Assembly: GCF_006345805.1 (NCBI RefSeq)
Contig: NC_043005.1
Coordinates: 92,938,001-93,002,000 of the forward strand
Source of the DNA: Octopus sinensis
Lineage: Eukaryota
Reading direction: 5' to 3'
DNA: 64,000 nt
Part shown: positions 50,610 to 64,000 of the stretch, piece after piece
Layout of the letters: each line of letters begins with the position of its first letter
How positions within the stretch are numbered: position 1 is the stretch's first letter
Made by a program: the position numbers and the translations under genes
The notes under the pieces: model-generated
Database searches by the model: none
What the model saw: only the letters and a program-made list of their open reading frames with translations
Told to the model about the DNA's origin: nothing

Positions 50610-52440
50610 CACTGTCTTTTGTCCTTTTCTTCATGACATGTAATGTTCTGCAATTAGTCTTAAGATTACTGTTTATCATTTTATCTCAAATCATTTGTGG
50701 TCTCCTTCTTCTGCAAGTTCCATTCACTTTGAACATGTGGCACTTCTTTACGCATGTCATTCTACATATGCATCACATGTCCATTCCGACGATGCAGACT
50801 TCTTGCACACACTATATCTGATTATTCATATTTAGTTTTCTCTCAGCTTATTTCTATTTTGTCAATCATGCACACCAACGTTATACTTTCAGCTAAACAT
50901 GTTTGCTTTATTTCCTGGTTTTGGCAGATTTTCTGCATTCAAGGCCCTCTTTTCACAACCATGCAGCAGCGCACTTTGTCCACAAGCATTGTACAGTCTA
51001 CCTGTCACTCCACGGAAGACACTCTTTGTTGTTAAAAGGGTATTAGCTCCCTGAACTTTTTCCAACCTGTTACTGAGCTGTTATACTTTCTGAACACTTC
51101 CCTGTTAATTATGTCACCTAAGTAACAAATGCTAGCAATTACTTCTAGCTACAAACCACTTCCCAAACATTTGATAGACTCTACTTCCTGAATGCTCTTA
51201 CTGATTATTGTCTCTGAGCACCTGTTGCATAGAAATACATGCTTTCTGTGGTCTGCCTGTGATTCCACCACTCCTCTTGTGCATCTGCTTATTGATGTCT
51301 GTTTCCTTGAGGGTAATCGGGTCCTATCGTCTCTCCTACTTGCTAATAATTTAGTCTTTGCTTGTTTCTTTTGAAGCCTCTGAATTCTAAGTTTCTGTAT
51401 CTAGAATCTTGTCTAGATTTACCATTTATTCAGTTGTGGGAACTGGGTCCTCAGCATATAGGAATTCCTACAGACATAGCTTTCAGAGGGCTGAGTATTA
51501 AGCTATGATGGGTGTCTACTTGAAAGCTATCACCACCATCAATGCCAACTCTCACCTTGGCACATGACCTACATGGCTTTCAGAAGCTGTTTGCTTACCC
51601 CTAGCTTCATTCTTACATCTCTGTGAAGTTACCTTGTATCCATAAGATTAAAGAGTTCTTACAATTAGACTGAAGGGTCCTCATTAATAAAGAGATGAGT
51701 GGTCAAGAGATGAGAGATTAATTTTAGCTAGGTTAATTCTCTTCCTAATCTTAATCCGTAATTTTTATAACCCAGTCTGTGAGTATGACACCCCTGTAGT
51801 TTCCTTTCTTTGTGCATCTTGTTTGTTGTTCTTGTCACAGTTGATGTTTGCTAATCATTGGCTATGGCATCTTCGTATCTCATTGATGATTTCCCTCCCT
51901 TTTCCCTGCCCCTCCCCTCTTCGATAATTATCATTTAACCATCTCTTGCAATTATAATTTCATGCCTCTCCTTAACAACGCCTTGAACTTCTCAAGCACA
52001 TTTTTCTTACAATCCAAAATATTTCACACTTCCTACTCTTGCATCTTAGAGCATTGGCAAACTTGTTTCTTTCAGCTTCTCCCCTTACTTAGCACATCCA
52101 ACTTCTCTTTTTGCTTCTAGAAATTTTTCTTTACTGCTTCCTAGTCTTTTAGTCTTTCCTGGTCAGTCTGTTCGCTTTTATGGCTATATCTACAAAACTA
52201 TTCCACTATATTGAGTCTCTTTTGGCTGGTATCAAGATTTAGTCTGTTACTGTTAGTAGATTGTCATGTAAAAATTCTCAATTTGATCTATACACCTAGT
52301 TGATGGCCCCTTTTAGGCTCCAGACTGTCTTTTATTTCTAAATCTATCTTGCTCTTACTCTGAAGTCACTAATCACAACCCGATGCTGGCTGCTACTCTT
52401 ATTTCTTTGTTAGTTGACATGACCTCGACATCAAATAAGA
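50610..52440 (-). mobile_element. Old, heavily decayed RTE LINE
   Basis: Minus strand near 51050-50620 reads LYNACGQSALLHGCE..CVKKCH..GTCRRRRP, homologous to ORF 9548..9928; upstream boundary approximate. Confidence 0.6.
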
Positions 52441-52589
52441 TGGATAAAGTTGGAACTGTGATTGTTTGATATGCTGACTTCTTCAAAGCAGAACTTCCAT
52501 TCTCTATTGACCCACCTCACACCCAACTGTCATAAATTTGTGTCCTTCATCTCCACCAGCTTATTTCCCTCTTCCTGCTGTCACCCTCA

Positions 52590-52970
52590 TCCTCTGCGCC
52601 TCTGCATCTCACCAAATACTTCTTCCCTAATACACAAGCCTAACAATCCTGGTTATTCCTTCATCTCAGCTTGCAATTGCTCAGCTGAACTCAAAACACC
52701 TTGATCTCACCTCATCCAACCACCCCTAGCAGCTTCCCTCCTTCCCCAATCTTTAACACCAACCTTATTCTCTTTGTCTTCAAATTGTCCACCCTTGGAT
52801 TCCTCCTGGCTCTTATTCACTTTAGACATCTTATCCCTATACACTTTCTAAAATGCTCCCTCTGTAAGAACCTATATTATTGGACAGACTGAACAATGCT
52901 TGTCTGGCTGTTTCACCAAACACTTATGGGAAATTCATTTTTGTAAGGATTATCCAATGAAGATCATTCC
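52590..52970 (+). mobile_element. Old Penelope-like relic (RT N-terminal motif joined to GIY-YIG motif)
   Basis: IHKPNNPGYSFISACNC resembles PLE KIHK..GRPIVS; CSLCKNLY/IGQTEQCL..F..HL resembles GIY-YIG. Confidence 0.55.
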
Positions 52971-54253
52971 ACCAGCATCTCTTGTGCTCTTCACAATAGT
53001 CTCCCAGAATCTCATCCCCAATGTGTAGTCTGCTATATCCCTGTGCTGACCTGTGCTTTGTCAGTGGATTTGTAGGTGGAAACTGAAAGAATCCTGCCAT
53101 ATGTGTGTGTGTGTCACTGTTTCCTTACCTTAACATCATGTGATAGTTGTAAACAAGTGTCACTGTTATGCAAGCATGGGAAAGTGGAATTAAAACAATA
53201 TATTTTCACTTTCACATGCTTTCTTTCTCTCTCTCTCTCATAAATTTATCTTACTGAACCTCCTAGACTTGCATGACCACCACCCCATCCCCCAACAGGA
53301 ATACTGGATTATTGACTTGAAGATTAATGGCTTTCATATCTAATTATATTTCCTGTATTCTCTTTGAATTTATGCAATGATGTCATTGTGCCACACAAAA
53401 CTGATTTCGGTTGTCTGGGTCAGTAGGCTTGATTTCTTGTACACTTTCTTGTACAATTTAAGTCAATGTTTGTATTAAATTGCTTACTTGGAAGTGAGCA
53501 AAGGCAATGTTTGTAATTAGGTGTTTTGTATTTCTGTCTCTGAGGTTGTTGAAATTGAACCAACTCTTGTTCAGCTATTAACTTGTCTTCTTAGTTCATA
53601 TTTATGATGTGGACATTAGTTTTCTTCTAATCCAATGTCCAGTTTCTTAATATGAGGACTATGATGTACACACCTACTTTTCTTATTTAAACCTGCTGAT
53701 CTTCTTACAGATGTTCTACTCTGTAAGGAAAATAGCCCTTAATTTTCAGGAGTTGCAAGCAACAGTTTGTGAAGTTGAAATTACATTCATAAAATCATAT
53801 TTAACATTGGCTACTCATTCCAATTGGTGCAAAAACAAAAATTATATAAAAAAGAAAAAAAGAAAAACTGGTCCTCAGCTGTCTCTGTCCAATAAAACTT
53901 TTTTTTCTTCTTTCCTTAATGACATCTATCTTGTATTTAAGATAAATGTCAATTTAGAATTTTTGATTCGTGCGATTACCTGTCCTTATTTGGAAGTGAT
54001 CTCTATTGTCAGAAGGTATTTCTTTTAAGTTTCTCATGAAGGAAAGTTAATTTCAATCAAGTGAGTTTTTATCTTGTATGATCTTTAATATATCTTTATT
54101 TGTCTTATATGAAAATTCTTGTGTCAAAATGGATACCAGGGATCCAAAGAGGATTCTCTATAGCGTAAATCAAAGGAGTCATCTATGATTAAGCAAAAGT
54201 AGAGTTTATTTGATAAAAAAGAATCTATAAACAAACTAATACCCACCAATATA

Positions 54254-54442
54254 TCATCATCATCATCATCGTTTAGCGTCCGTTTTCCATGCTAGCATAG
54301 GTTGGACGGTTCTACTGGGGTCTGTGAAGCCAGAAGGCTTCATCAGGCCCAGTCAAATCTGGCAGTGTTTCTACGGCTGGATGCCCTTCCTAACGCCAAC
54401 CACTCCGTGAGTGTAGTGGGTGCTTTTTACGTGCCACCCGCA
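54254..54442 (-). mobile_element. RTE 3'-tail fragment, well conserved; older one at ~55950-56120
   Basis: (atc)n gtttagcgtccgttttccatgctagc...ttctacggctggatgcccttcctaacgccaaccactccg. Confidence 0.85.
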
Positions 54443-54979
54443 TGATTAAAGGTGTATTAAATGCCAGAAAGTAATTCTTCTATTTGACTGTAGTGGTTGG
54501 AATTAATGTTGTTGCAGTGATCTTGTAATGGAATTAGATTTCAAATGATTATCTTCCAGAAGCAACGAGTTACTGATTAAGGTGCCACCTTTGATTTTAG
54601 AGTTGCCCCAAGATGCATTCTGGTGATTATTACATTAGCAGGAATATTGATAGCATCATTTCATGCATTGCTTTGAATTCTGTTTTAATGACTTCATTAC
54701 AATACACTATTTTTTGGTTTGTTTAATTGATTTTTTCCCCCTTTCATATAGAAAGCTATATAAAAATATATCTAATTTCAGCATTCAATGAATTTGCAAT
54801 AAATTAGGAAATGCTACAAAATAATTATTACTCTAAACGATGACAAAGAATAAGAAATGTATCTGTCTGTTAAAGCAATCGATGGTGTGTGTGTGTGTTA
54901 CTTTTCCAAAAATTGTTTGTTTTGCAGTTTTATTGTGAGAATTATTTAAAATTGGTTTTCAATTTTTTTTTATCTGTTC

Positions 54980-55330
54980 TTTTATTCTTTTACTTGTTTC
55001 AGTCAGTGGATTGTGGCCATGCTGGGGCACCCCTTTGAAAGATTTAGTCAAACAAACTGATTCCAAGACTTATTCTTTTTAAGTCTGGCATTTGTTTGTT
55101 AGCCTCTTTTACCGAATATGGAGTCACAAAAATAACCAACACTTGTTGTCAAGCCATGTGGGGACAAAAACAAAGGCCCCTCCCCATGTTATATGTGCGT
55201 GTGTTTATATAAACCCACTTTTTCACTACCAGATTCATTGACAAGGCATTGGTTGGCCCAAGTTGCTGCACCATAAGACGAGGCCTGAAAGCATGTTGTA
55301 GTGAAGTAATCTTCTTAATTACATAGCCAC
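54980..55330 (-). mobile_element. CORE-type SINE, diverged; + strand fragment at ~55735-55865
   Basis: ttcttttacttgtttcagtcagtggattgtggccatgctggggcacc tail; taccagattcattgacaaggc core remnant. Confidence 0.6.
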
Positions 55331-56809
55331 GAAGAGCAGCAAATTTTAGAAGTTGATTTAAAGAAATATGAAAGAAAGAAGACTTGAAGAATTCTCTTTG
55401 AAATATTTTTAATTTTTAGGATTTAGAACATTAAAAAATGGGCGAGAAGAAAGAAAATATTCATTAAAAAGTAGACATTCTTTAATTTGTATGAAATTGT
55501 TTCAGACTTGTAAAATTCTTTGGGTCTGGCATGAATCTGTTTGAACATTATTTTCACTGTGGTTGTAACTTGAACTCAGGGTGTGGAAAATTGGAGACAC
55601 AACTCTTGATGAAAGATATCTTTATTCTTTTTATATATTGGTTTTAATCTACACTTTTTTTTCTTGAATTGTACAATTTATTCATACAGCACACATGATA
55701 GATCTTTATTTGAAACTTTGATGAATGCTTAGATGCAGACAAAGCTGTGTGCTTAAGAACTTTGCTACCCAACCATGTGGTTTCAGGTTCAGTCTCTGGG
55801 CAAGTGTCTCTTCTTTTAAATAAGTCTTATGAGTAGTTTGGTTGATGGAAACTGAAAGAAATTTGCATGAAGGCTCCCTTTTTTTGTTTTTAGTTGGCTA
55901 AAATGGCTTTTGCACAATGGAATTTCAGAATCTAAAATAGGTTGAAAAACATCATCATTGTTTAACGTCTGTTTTCTATGCTGGCCTGGGTTGGGCGGTT
56001 TGACATGGAGCCTGTTGTGGCATGGTTTTTATGGCTGGTTTGCCCTTCCTAATGTTAGCCACTTCAGAGAGATGTGCCACTGGTACAAAGTGCATTTTAT
56101 GTGGCACCACATTCTTTGAAACTGCTCCATTTTCTTCCCAAATTGCCACGCATGCTATCTTTCACTTTTAGCGTTAGGGTGGGTCTGGATCTTGTTCTTT
56201 TATTTTCCTTGAGCCACACTAAGTGTCTGGTTGTGTTGTTGTGGAACCGTTTCCTTCTCCTTCCCACTTTGTCTTCATCTGCTGCTTATCAGTTTCTCTA
56301 GTTGAAACGTAAGAGTTATTAAAGCACTCAAGTCTAATTCACTCAGTAATTTCATTTCTTTTCATTCTTCAACTCTATTTTGCAGTATATTCATAGCAAT
56401 CTAGTTTCCATTCTTCAGTTTATTCCAATGTGAATCTTGTATACGGCTGCTGCCTGAAATACATTTGAATGTATGGTAATCCAGCAATGTTTAACCCAAT
56501 AAACTGTTAGTTGATGTAAGGGAGGAATATTTACCCTCTTCAAGAAACAAGCTTTTATTTAGGCAGTGGACACTCCTCCTTGTTTTTTTTTTCTTCTCCA
56601 TAGCTCAGTCTGTAGTGAAGATAATTTTCTCTGCAGTAAAAACAAATACAGCACAGAACTTTGTTTGGCACAAACTTGTTCTCTTATTTTGAATTGTAAC
56701 TTTGTTTGCATTTTTAGAACGTTTTTCACTTGTGTTTGCCAGAATTTCTTCTTAGCATACCAACAAGTGTTTGTATTGAGAGCAAGTTTACATTAGGTCT
56801 GTATTATTA

Positions 56810-56841
<32 letters not shown>

Positions 56842-58019
56842 GTTATTGTCTTCTTTCTACCTTCCCATTTACACAAAAACTTGTTTAGGTCATTGCATTC
56901 ATTGCCAACATCTATTCTTCTAGCTTGCTCAAGCAATCTTGGTGGAAATTCTTGCTGTCTCTAGAGAGCTTTGTTTACCATTGTACAAATGTAAATTGGC
57001 ATCAAACACACTTACACTTCTATACTGTCTTTAAAACAAGCACACACATTGCCTCTCTCTAAATGCATGCAAGTATATAAACACGCATGCTTCATGTATA
57101 AATGCATGTCTGTGTGTGTATAAATTCATGTCTCTATGTATGTGTGTGTGTGTTTTAGTATGTATGTATAGATATGCACTTGTGTCTCTCTCTCTCATCT
57201 GTCTGTCTGTCGTATATAATTTTACACGTAATTTTATACATGCAATCAGGAAAACATCCCTCCACAAACACATGCACAGACATTCACATGCTTGTGATGT
57301 AAGCAAGTTGCTTACACATTGTGATATCAAAATATACCCATGGTTACAATAATATAAATGTATGCAGAAGCATTTTCATGTAATTCTGTTTAATGTCTAC
57401 ACAAATGTATATATGTCCATGCACCATTATATATCTCTCTCTTCTCTCTTCCGTACACATACCCATGGGTGTGCTTTATTCATCAGAGCTGTTGGAAAAT
57501 AGCAAAACAGTAAAACTCTTACCTTGCATGGGTTTATATAATGAGCTTGTCACTTAATGTTTTGCTTCTCAGTGAAACTTTATCCATACTATAAATATTC
57601 TAACAGTTTAATTCACTGAGATTGGGAATAAATTACACATAGTTTGAGTGGATTTTCTTCTTTTTTTTTTAATTAAAAAAAAAAAAATGTTTTGTTTGTT
57701 GTAATTTTTTTTGAATGATGTCAATAATTGTTTTACTTGGGTATGGGTGCCCACTACTTATAGTGGGGGTAAAGACATGTTATTAAGACATTCTTTGTTG
57801 ACTACATAAATAATGTGAGTGAAAGTAGTTTTTATGAACTGAAGAGGTTTTATAACCTTCATTTTCTAAAGTATTTATCATTTGCTGCTAATACTAATTA
57901 TAACAGCAATAATAATAGTTTCTTTTATTTACTACAAATGGAAAGGACATTATAAGAACAAATAACAAAAATAACGAGGGCTTTTTGCAGAATTGGTGAT
58001 AAAAAAAAGTCTGCATACA

Positions 58020-58900
58020 AAACAGGGTAAAAGCAGAATAAAAAGAGACGTTCCACTGAGTGACAAACTTCAAGAGCCGTTCAAGGAACTCCAGATTCAG
58101 GATTACCCTTTCTATCCAAGGGTAGTTTTTCTTCTGTAGCCTACAAGTGGATGCTGAGTGTCTTTCACCATTAACTGCCACCTTTTGGCTATTACCAATC
58201 ACTGAAGGATTATCAGGTGGTAACGAAGCACATAGTAATTGGGACAAGCAAATGGCTTGATAGACTGGCACCTGGAGAAGTCCATTCTGGCTCATGTCAT
58301 TAGACTGACAGACCTGTTAAAATGCTTAAGTCTGGTTAAGACCTCCTTCTTTACAACTTCCATGCCAGTGGAGTTTATTTGAAACTGTCAAAGACACTAT
58401 TCCCTCGATTAGTATTGCTACACCAGCGATTTCTGCAAGTTGTTCTCAGTCCCCACGAAAAGCCTGTTTAGGTGATCTTTGTTGATGCTTAGCATCTTTT
58501 CAAGAATGTTGTTGCTCTTGTCCCTCATTAATTCTCTAGAGAATGTGTAGAATGTTGTATTACTGGCTTCATTACTTGTAGAGAACTGTTGGCACTCCAG
58601 TTACCAAGCACTCACTTATGGTTTCTGTGAGCAAGGGTTACGGCTCTATCAAAGATGTGTTTTAGGAAGACATCTGTCAAATGACAACTATACCCACTCA
58701 CCATCATGGAATCGATGTGTGTGCATGCTCTCCAAAATGAAAAGCAAATGCTGCCATGTGGTCAGATAAAAACTAGGGGTCAAAGCATAACAGTCATGTG
58801 GCAATAAACGATGGAGGTGATATATCTCTGCCTGATCTTACAAGGCTTGCTTCTTTTCAGCCCATTTCTGAGTGAGACTGACCCCCATGCTAGTAAGTGT
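58020..58900 (-). mobile_element. Old RTE (BovB-like) RT/C-terminal relic
   Basis: VYQAICLSQLL..NYPWIERVILNLEFLER resembles RTE VYKAVVLxxLLYG..WQDRxxNxEVLER; boundaries approximate. Confidence 0.5.
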
Positions 58901-61900
58901 CTCAGTTTCTATTCACCTGGAAGTCTTCCCTGAACCAGACCCCAAGGGTTTTAAGAGTCTCTTCATCTAATGGTGCTGGCATTTCTTGTCACCAGACTAC
59001 CTGGCCACTGTTTCATTCTAATTAATGTGTTTCTTTACTACCTTATAATCCTTTTGTATGGCACTAATCTCCTCAATTTCCATGGTGTCCTATACTACCA
59101 CAGTGACTTCTACATATAACTGTTTGGCCCTCCTGCATTCCAATTCAAGTGAAAAGCCCTTCCACAAGCTTAGTTGGTGTTGAAATGGCTGAAGAGATAA
59201 AATATACAGAACCAATACAAATGGACAGCATTAACAGATCAAGTGTGTGGGTCAAAATGATTTCAAAAGGGGACTATTTACTGTGACCCTTATGCAGATG
59301 CTGTTGTACATTGAAGTGATACAGCCACTGGAAACAAGACCAAAGTTGGCTCCATTGAAAAACAGCTGCTAATGTGGTCGATATAATAATAATATTAATA
59401 ATAATAATAATAATCTTTTTTACTACAAGTACAAAACTCAAAATGTTTTGGAGGAATGGATCACTTGACTGCATCAATTCCAGTGCTCAACTAGTATTTA
59501 CTTTACTCATAAAAGGCACCCATGCTGGTGGCATGTAAAAACACCAACTACACTCTGTAGAGTGGTTGGCATTAAGAGAAACCACCTGCAGAAACCAAGC
59601 CAAAACATACTGGAGCCTGGTACAGCTTTTCTGCTTCCAATGTCCAGTCAAACTGTCTAACCCATGCCAGCATGAAAAATGGACATTAAATGCCGATGAT
59701 TATGAATCGTGAAAGGCAAAGTCAACCTTGGTGGATTTGAACACCAAATGTAAAGAGCCTGAAGAAATGCTGCTATGCATTTTGTCCAAAAGATGGTAAT
59801 TCTCTGCATAGATATTAAAATCCCATCAAGGCCAAACTGTCTAACAAGCAGGAAGGCATTTTAAGGGAGGGAGATGGAAAGAAATTGTCCTAATCATGTT
59901 TTTTTTTAACCTGAAATATTAAACATAAACGTAATGGTTCACATAGCAATTAGATTCAGGTTGTCGCTTCAAAGTGTTGAGAATTAATCCCTGTTCTGTG
60001 TTGCATGCTATTAATTATGATGATAATGATAATTAGGTGCCGGGCCATTAGCAGTGTTATCTTTCAACAAAACATTTGACATGCGAAAATCAGTGCACAT
60101 TTTTTCATAAATTTTAAAGAAATGAAATAAATTCCAAATTAAGTTATTGTTAACATCATACAAGACTGAGCATGAAGGAAATATCCATAATTTAATAAAT
60201 GAAACAAAAGCACAAGTTGACCTCAAGCTTTAGGCGAAAATTTTCTTCAAAGAGGAAAACTTTTAGTTGATTGAATTAATTTCCAATATTTCATTGATAT
60301 TGACTCTGTTGAAATGATGAAAGGGCAAAACTGCAAGAATTGGAACTGAAAAATTCTAAAAGAAATAACATAGAGCATTTCATGTAATGTTTTACTAAAC
60401 AAATCTAAAGAATCATAACAACAACTGTTTCTCATTTAAGTACAAGGCCAGTTTATTGTATTGACCCTGGATGGGATGAAAAGCAAAGTTGATCATAGCA
60501 GGATTTGAACTCAGATCATAAAATCTGTAACTAAATACCATAAAGCAGTTTGTTTAACACTTTAATGGTTCTGCCAGTTCACTGTCCTCAATTATAATTT
60601 CTAATTTAGGGTCAAGGTCAATAATTTTGAGTTGGAGGAGTTAGTCAATAAATACCCTTACCTCTAGTATATGATTGGTATTTTATCAACCTGAAAAGCT
60701 TGTAACAAAATTGACTTGGACTTGATTTGAACTCAAAGCATAAAGAGCAAGACCAGTGTAAGGCATTTTTTCCGGACATTCTAACAATTCTGCAAATCCA
60801 CCACTTTAAAGACTGCTACTACTACTACTACTACTGATAATTTGGACAAAATGCTTTTGATGTTAATTCCGTTTATGTTTTTGATTTAGGTTTTGTCAGT
60901 TTCTCATACAGATTTTCGAATATTGCTGGCTGTATGCATTGTTTATTTTGTCATTTTATTAGAATCCCGTTGTGCTTGAGGTGATTTTGTGTTTAGGATG
61001 TTTATCCTAGCTCAGTCGTGTGTGATATTAACAAGAAAGCTAATTTTGAATTGATTTTCTTTAGACTTAATTTCTTTTTCCCATTTGAAAAAAAAAAAAA
61101 CCCTCCAGATCCATCAGACATTAAACATTTTTATTAAATGCTGGTGCAAGCACGGCTTTGTGCTTAATAAGTTTGCTTTCTCTCTGGTTTCCGGTTTGGT
61201 TCCACTACTGCGTAACATCTTGGGCATCTCTGACTGTATCCCCAAGCTGACAAAACTTGTGAGTAAGATTTTATGGACTGAAACTAAAAGAGGTCTGTCG
61301 TGTGTGTCTCGTCATCACATACTAATTGTAAAAATTATATCTCCATCATTATACAAATGGTATCATTTGTTTACAATCTTCTGTGAATGCACAGTTGGCT
61401 GTTGTGTTGTTTGAGTTTGAAGATTCAAGGGAAATATTACCGTACTTGGAAATGGGTTAGGGAGGATTGGTAATAGGAAGGGCATCTGATTGTAAGACCT
61501 CTCTCACTGAATTTTGTTTGACCCATGCAATCATGGAAAAGTGGACGTTAAAGGATGATGAGGTTTGAATAAGATTAATTTCTATTTTATAATTATTTTA
61601 AGTCATTTATACTAGGATCAAGTTTTATTTTTTCCTCGTATTAAGTTCTTTTGTGGTTTTATTTTGTTATTAACTTAAGGCCTTTGTTTATCTCTCTAGT
61701 ATACAACTAAATCTGTTAAACTTAAGCTACAACAACAGAACACTTATCTTTAAAGGTCTACAAGTCCTTGCACTCTGATTTCTCTCTGTATATCCTTGCA
61801 GATACAATTCCCAGGCAATTCTTAATTATTCTAACGGAGCCGGTTTCATTAATATTCAGCAAGAATGCTTCTCGATAACGAATGTTGAAACTACATTTCA

Positions 61901-62244
61901 CTGTTTAATACTCTTTATAGTTTTTTTCTCACCCCTCCTCCTCATCATCATTCCTGGTATAGGCACAAGCCTTGGATTGGGGATTAGTTGATACTATCAG
62001 CCTCAGTATTTGATTGGTTCTTTATTTAATTGGCCTCAAATGGACGAAAGGCAAAGTTGACCATGGCAGTTTTTGAACTCAGAACATGAAGAACAGGTAG
62101 AAACACTGCTAAGCATTTTGTGTGAGGTGTTAATGAAGCTGCCAGCTGACTAATGTCAGGGTCAGAGTGGAAATGAATAACACTGTCTGTATGATGGTGA
62201 TGCTTGTTTACAATCATCACCTGATGTCAAGACAGTGAAACACA

Positions 62245-62402
62245 CACATGGCAGGGCTCCTTTCAGTTTCTGCCTACCAAATCCACTCACGAGGTTTGAT
62301 TAGCCCAAAGCTACAATAGAAGACACTTGCGCCAAAGGTGCCGCACAGTGGGACTGAAACCAAGACCATATGGTAGGGAAGCAAGCTTCTTAACCGCACG
62401 GC
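62245..62402 (-). mobile_element. CORE-type SINE fragment; + strand fragment at ~62810-63000
   Basis: ggctcctttcagtttctgcctaccaaatccactcac..gaagacacttgcgccaaaggtgccgcacagtgggactgaa. Confidence 0.7.
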
Positions 62403-63607
62403 ACAGTTATAGTAATAAAAGAAATACTGATGTTGCCCATTGCTTAATAAATTCATTTTCTGCGTCAGATCAGAATCTAGTTGGTATTCATCACATTTCA
62501 GGAGAAAAGATATTCCTAGATAGGAACCAAGATATAAGCGTTCATTCGTTTGTTCATTTTGTTAAGTTTGTTTTTCCATGCTAGTATGGGTTGAACAAAT
62601 ACATATTGTTGATGTTTTCCTTCTGCTAAAAATTTACCTGCTTTTCAAGCCAGACAGCTTTCCATCATAATCCATGGCTACAACAGTGTACTTATCGGAT
62701 GATTGGTTGACAGAAAAAGGATGTCAGAGAATAGTGACTGTAACTGTATCTCATGTCATCACAGAATGCAAGCATTCTCACTGGTGCACGTGCACACACA
62801 CACACACGCAGTCATGTGATGAGTTTGGTTTCCAACTATGAGGCTCCATATTCAGTCCCATTACATGGCGTGCTGGGCAAATGTCTTCTACTAAAACCTC
62901 GGGCCAGCTGAGTGGATTTGATAAATGGAACCTGAAAGAAGCCCATATGTATAGACATGTGTATGTTATGTGTGTCTCAACATCACAGGATAGTTATAAA
63001 TGAGTACCACTGTCATACAGGGTCCCTTGTTTCCCGTCTTCTGTTCGAAGGGGAAAGATTGTCTTGCATAAAAACACGTAGGGATTGGCAAGTGGAATGA
63101 CATCTAACCATAGAAAGTTTGCATCAATGAATTTCATCTCATTCCTGCAAGCATGGCAAATTGGATGTTAAAACAATGGTGATGGCATAGGTCTGGCTTT
63201 GTACAGTTTCCATTTCTGAAATTCCATGTCACACCCATTATTCATATGAGCTTGTACACTCTCCACAATAAGATACCTTCTGTAAATGTGGCTTTCAGTC
63301 TTGAGTAAAAGACTTTGTTAAAAATTATTCCTTTGGAGTATATTAACTATAACTCAAATCTATGGCGATTGCCCAAGACGCTGCTCACTTCCTCTTCATC
63401 TGGATTCAGATTTTTTTGAATTTTTCTTATTTCTTTTTCTATCAGTTATGTCACTGCTACCAAAACATGACCCCCTTAGTTGTTGTACAGATGACCCAAG
63501 TCAGCATTTACCAAGCACACATATGGCACGTAACAGGTCATCTGAACAATCTGTTGTTCTAAATATTTCATGTTTCTATCTAGAAGAGAACATCACACGA
63601 TTCTAAT

Positions 63608-63639
<32 letters not shown>

Positions 63640-63828
63640 TGCGCAACTTCATGTCTGCTTTGTTTTTTCGTTTTGTATTTTTATTTTCAAACCAGGTTTC
63701 TTAATCATTAATATAAGATTGAAGTAGTTGTGTAGTTGTGTGTGAAGCATAGTTGGAAGATTGTGAGGATGATGAGGATGATGATGATGATGTCTTCATA
63801 GAAGCTTGTGTATTTTGTGAAGGTATGG

Positions 63829-63872
<44 letters not shown>

Positions 63873-64000
63873 GGTTGGAAAAAAAGTGAAGGGACTCTGG
63901 TGAATTATGGAAGTGGTGCTTTTGTACATTACTTAGGCTTCATAATCCAACAGTGAGTTTGCTTACATTTGTGTTGCTTCTTAATAAAGTCTTGAGTATT

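Noticed and set aside
57991-58110. Protein-like + strand frame LVIKKSLHTKQGKSRIKRDVPLSDKLQEPFKELQIQDYPFYPR
   Set aside because: It largely overlaps the antisense of a decayed RTE C-terminal domain, which explains the open frame

Overview
AT-rich animal (eukaryotic) genomic DNA. The repeat families (tRNA/CORE-type SINEs, RTE and CR1 LINEs, Penelope-like elements, huge TA/TG microsatellites) point to a coleoid cephalopod, probably Octopus (inference, not searched). I cannot confidently call any host protein-coding exon, and almost all ORFs in the supplied track are microsatellite artefacts or transposon fragments. Layout: 0.4-14.6 kb is a TA/TATG microsatellite sea studded with CR1, RTE and SINE pieces. 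At 14.6-17.3 kb a CR1 is split by a mariner, which itself carries an 84-bp 28S rRNA fragment. 24.9-29.8 kb is a CpG-retaining block with a candidate promoter/first exon, a foldback element, two paralogous hairpins and nested Merlin-like MITEs. 37.0-39.4 kb is a near-identical 1.26-kb tandem duplication. 41.1-44.8 kb is a young Penelope-like retroelement folded into a palindrome with 1.2-kb arms, with a candidate hammerhead ribozyme lying beyond each outward-pointing tail (40.2 kb on -, 45.2 kb on +). 45.7-49.1 kb is a nearly full-length CR1. 50-64 kb is CpG-poor intron-like DNA with old RTE, PLE and SINE relics.
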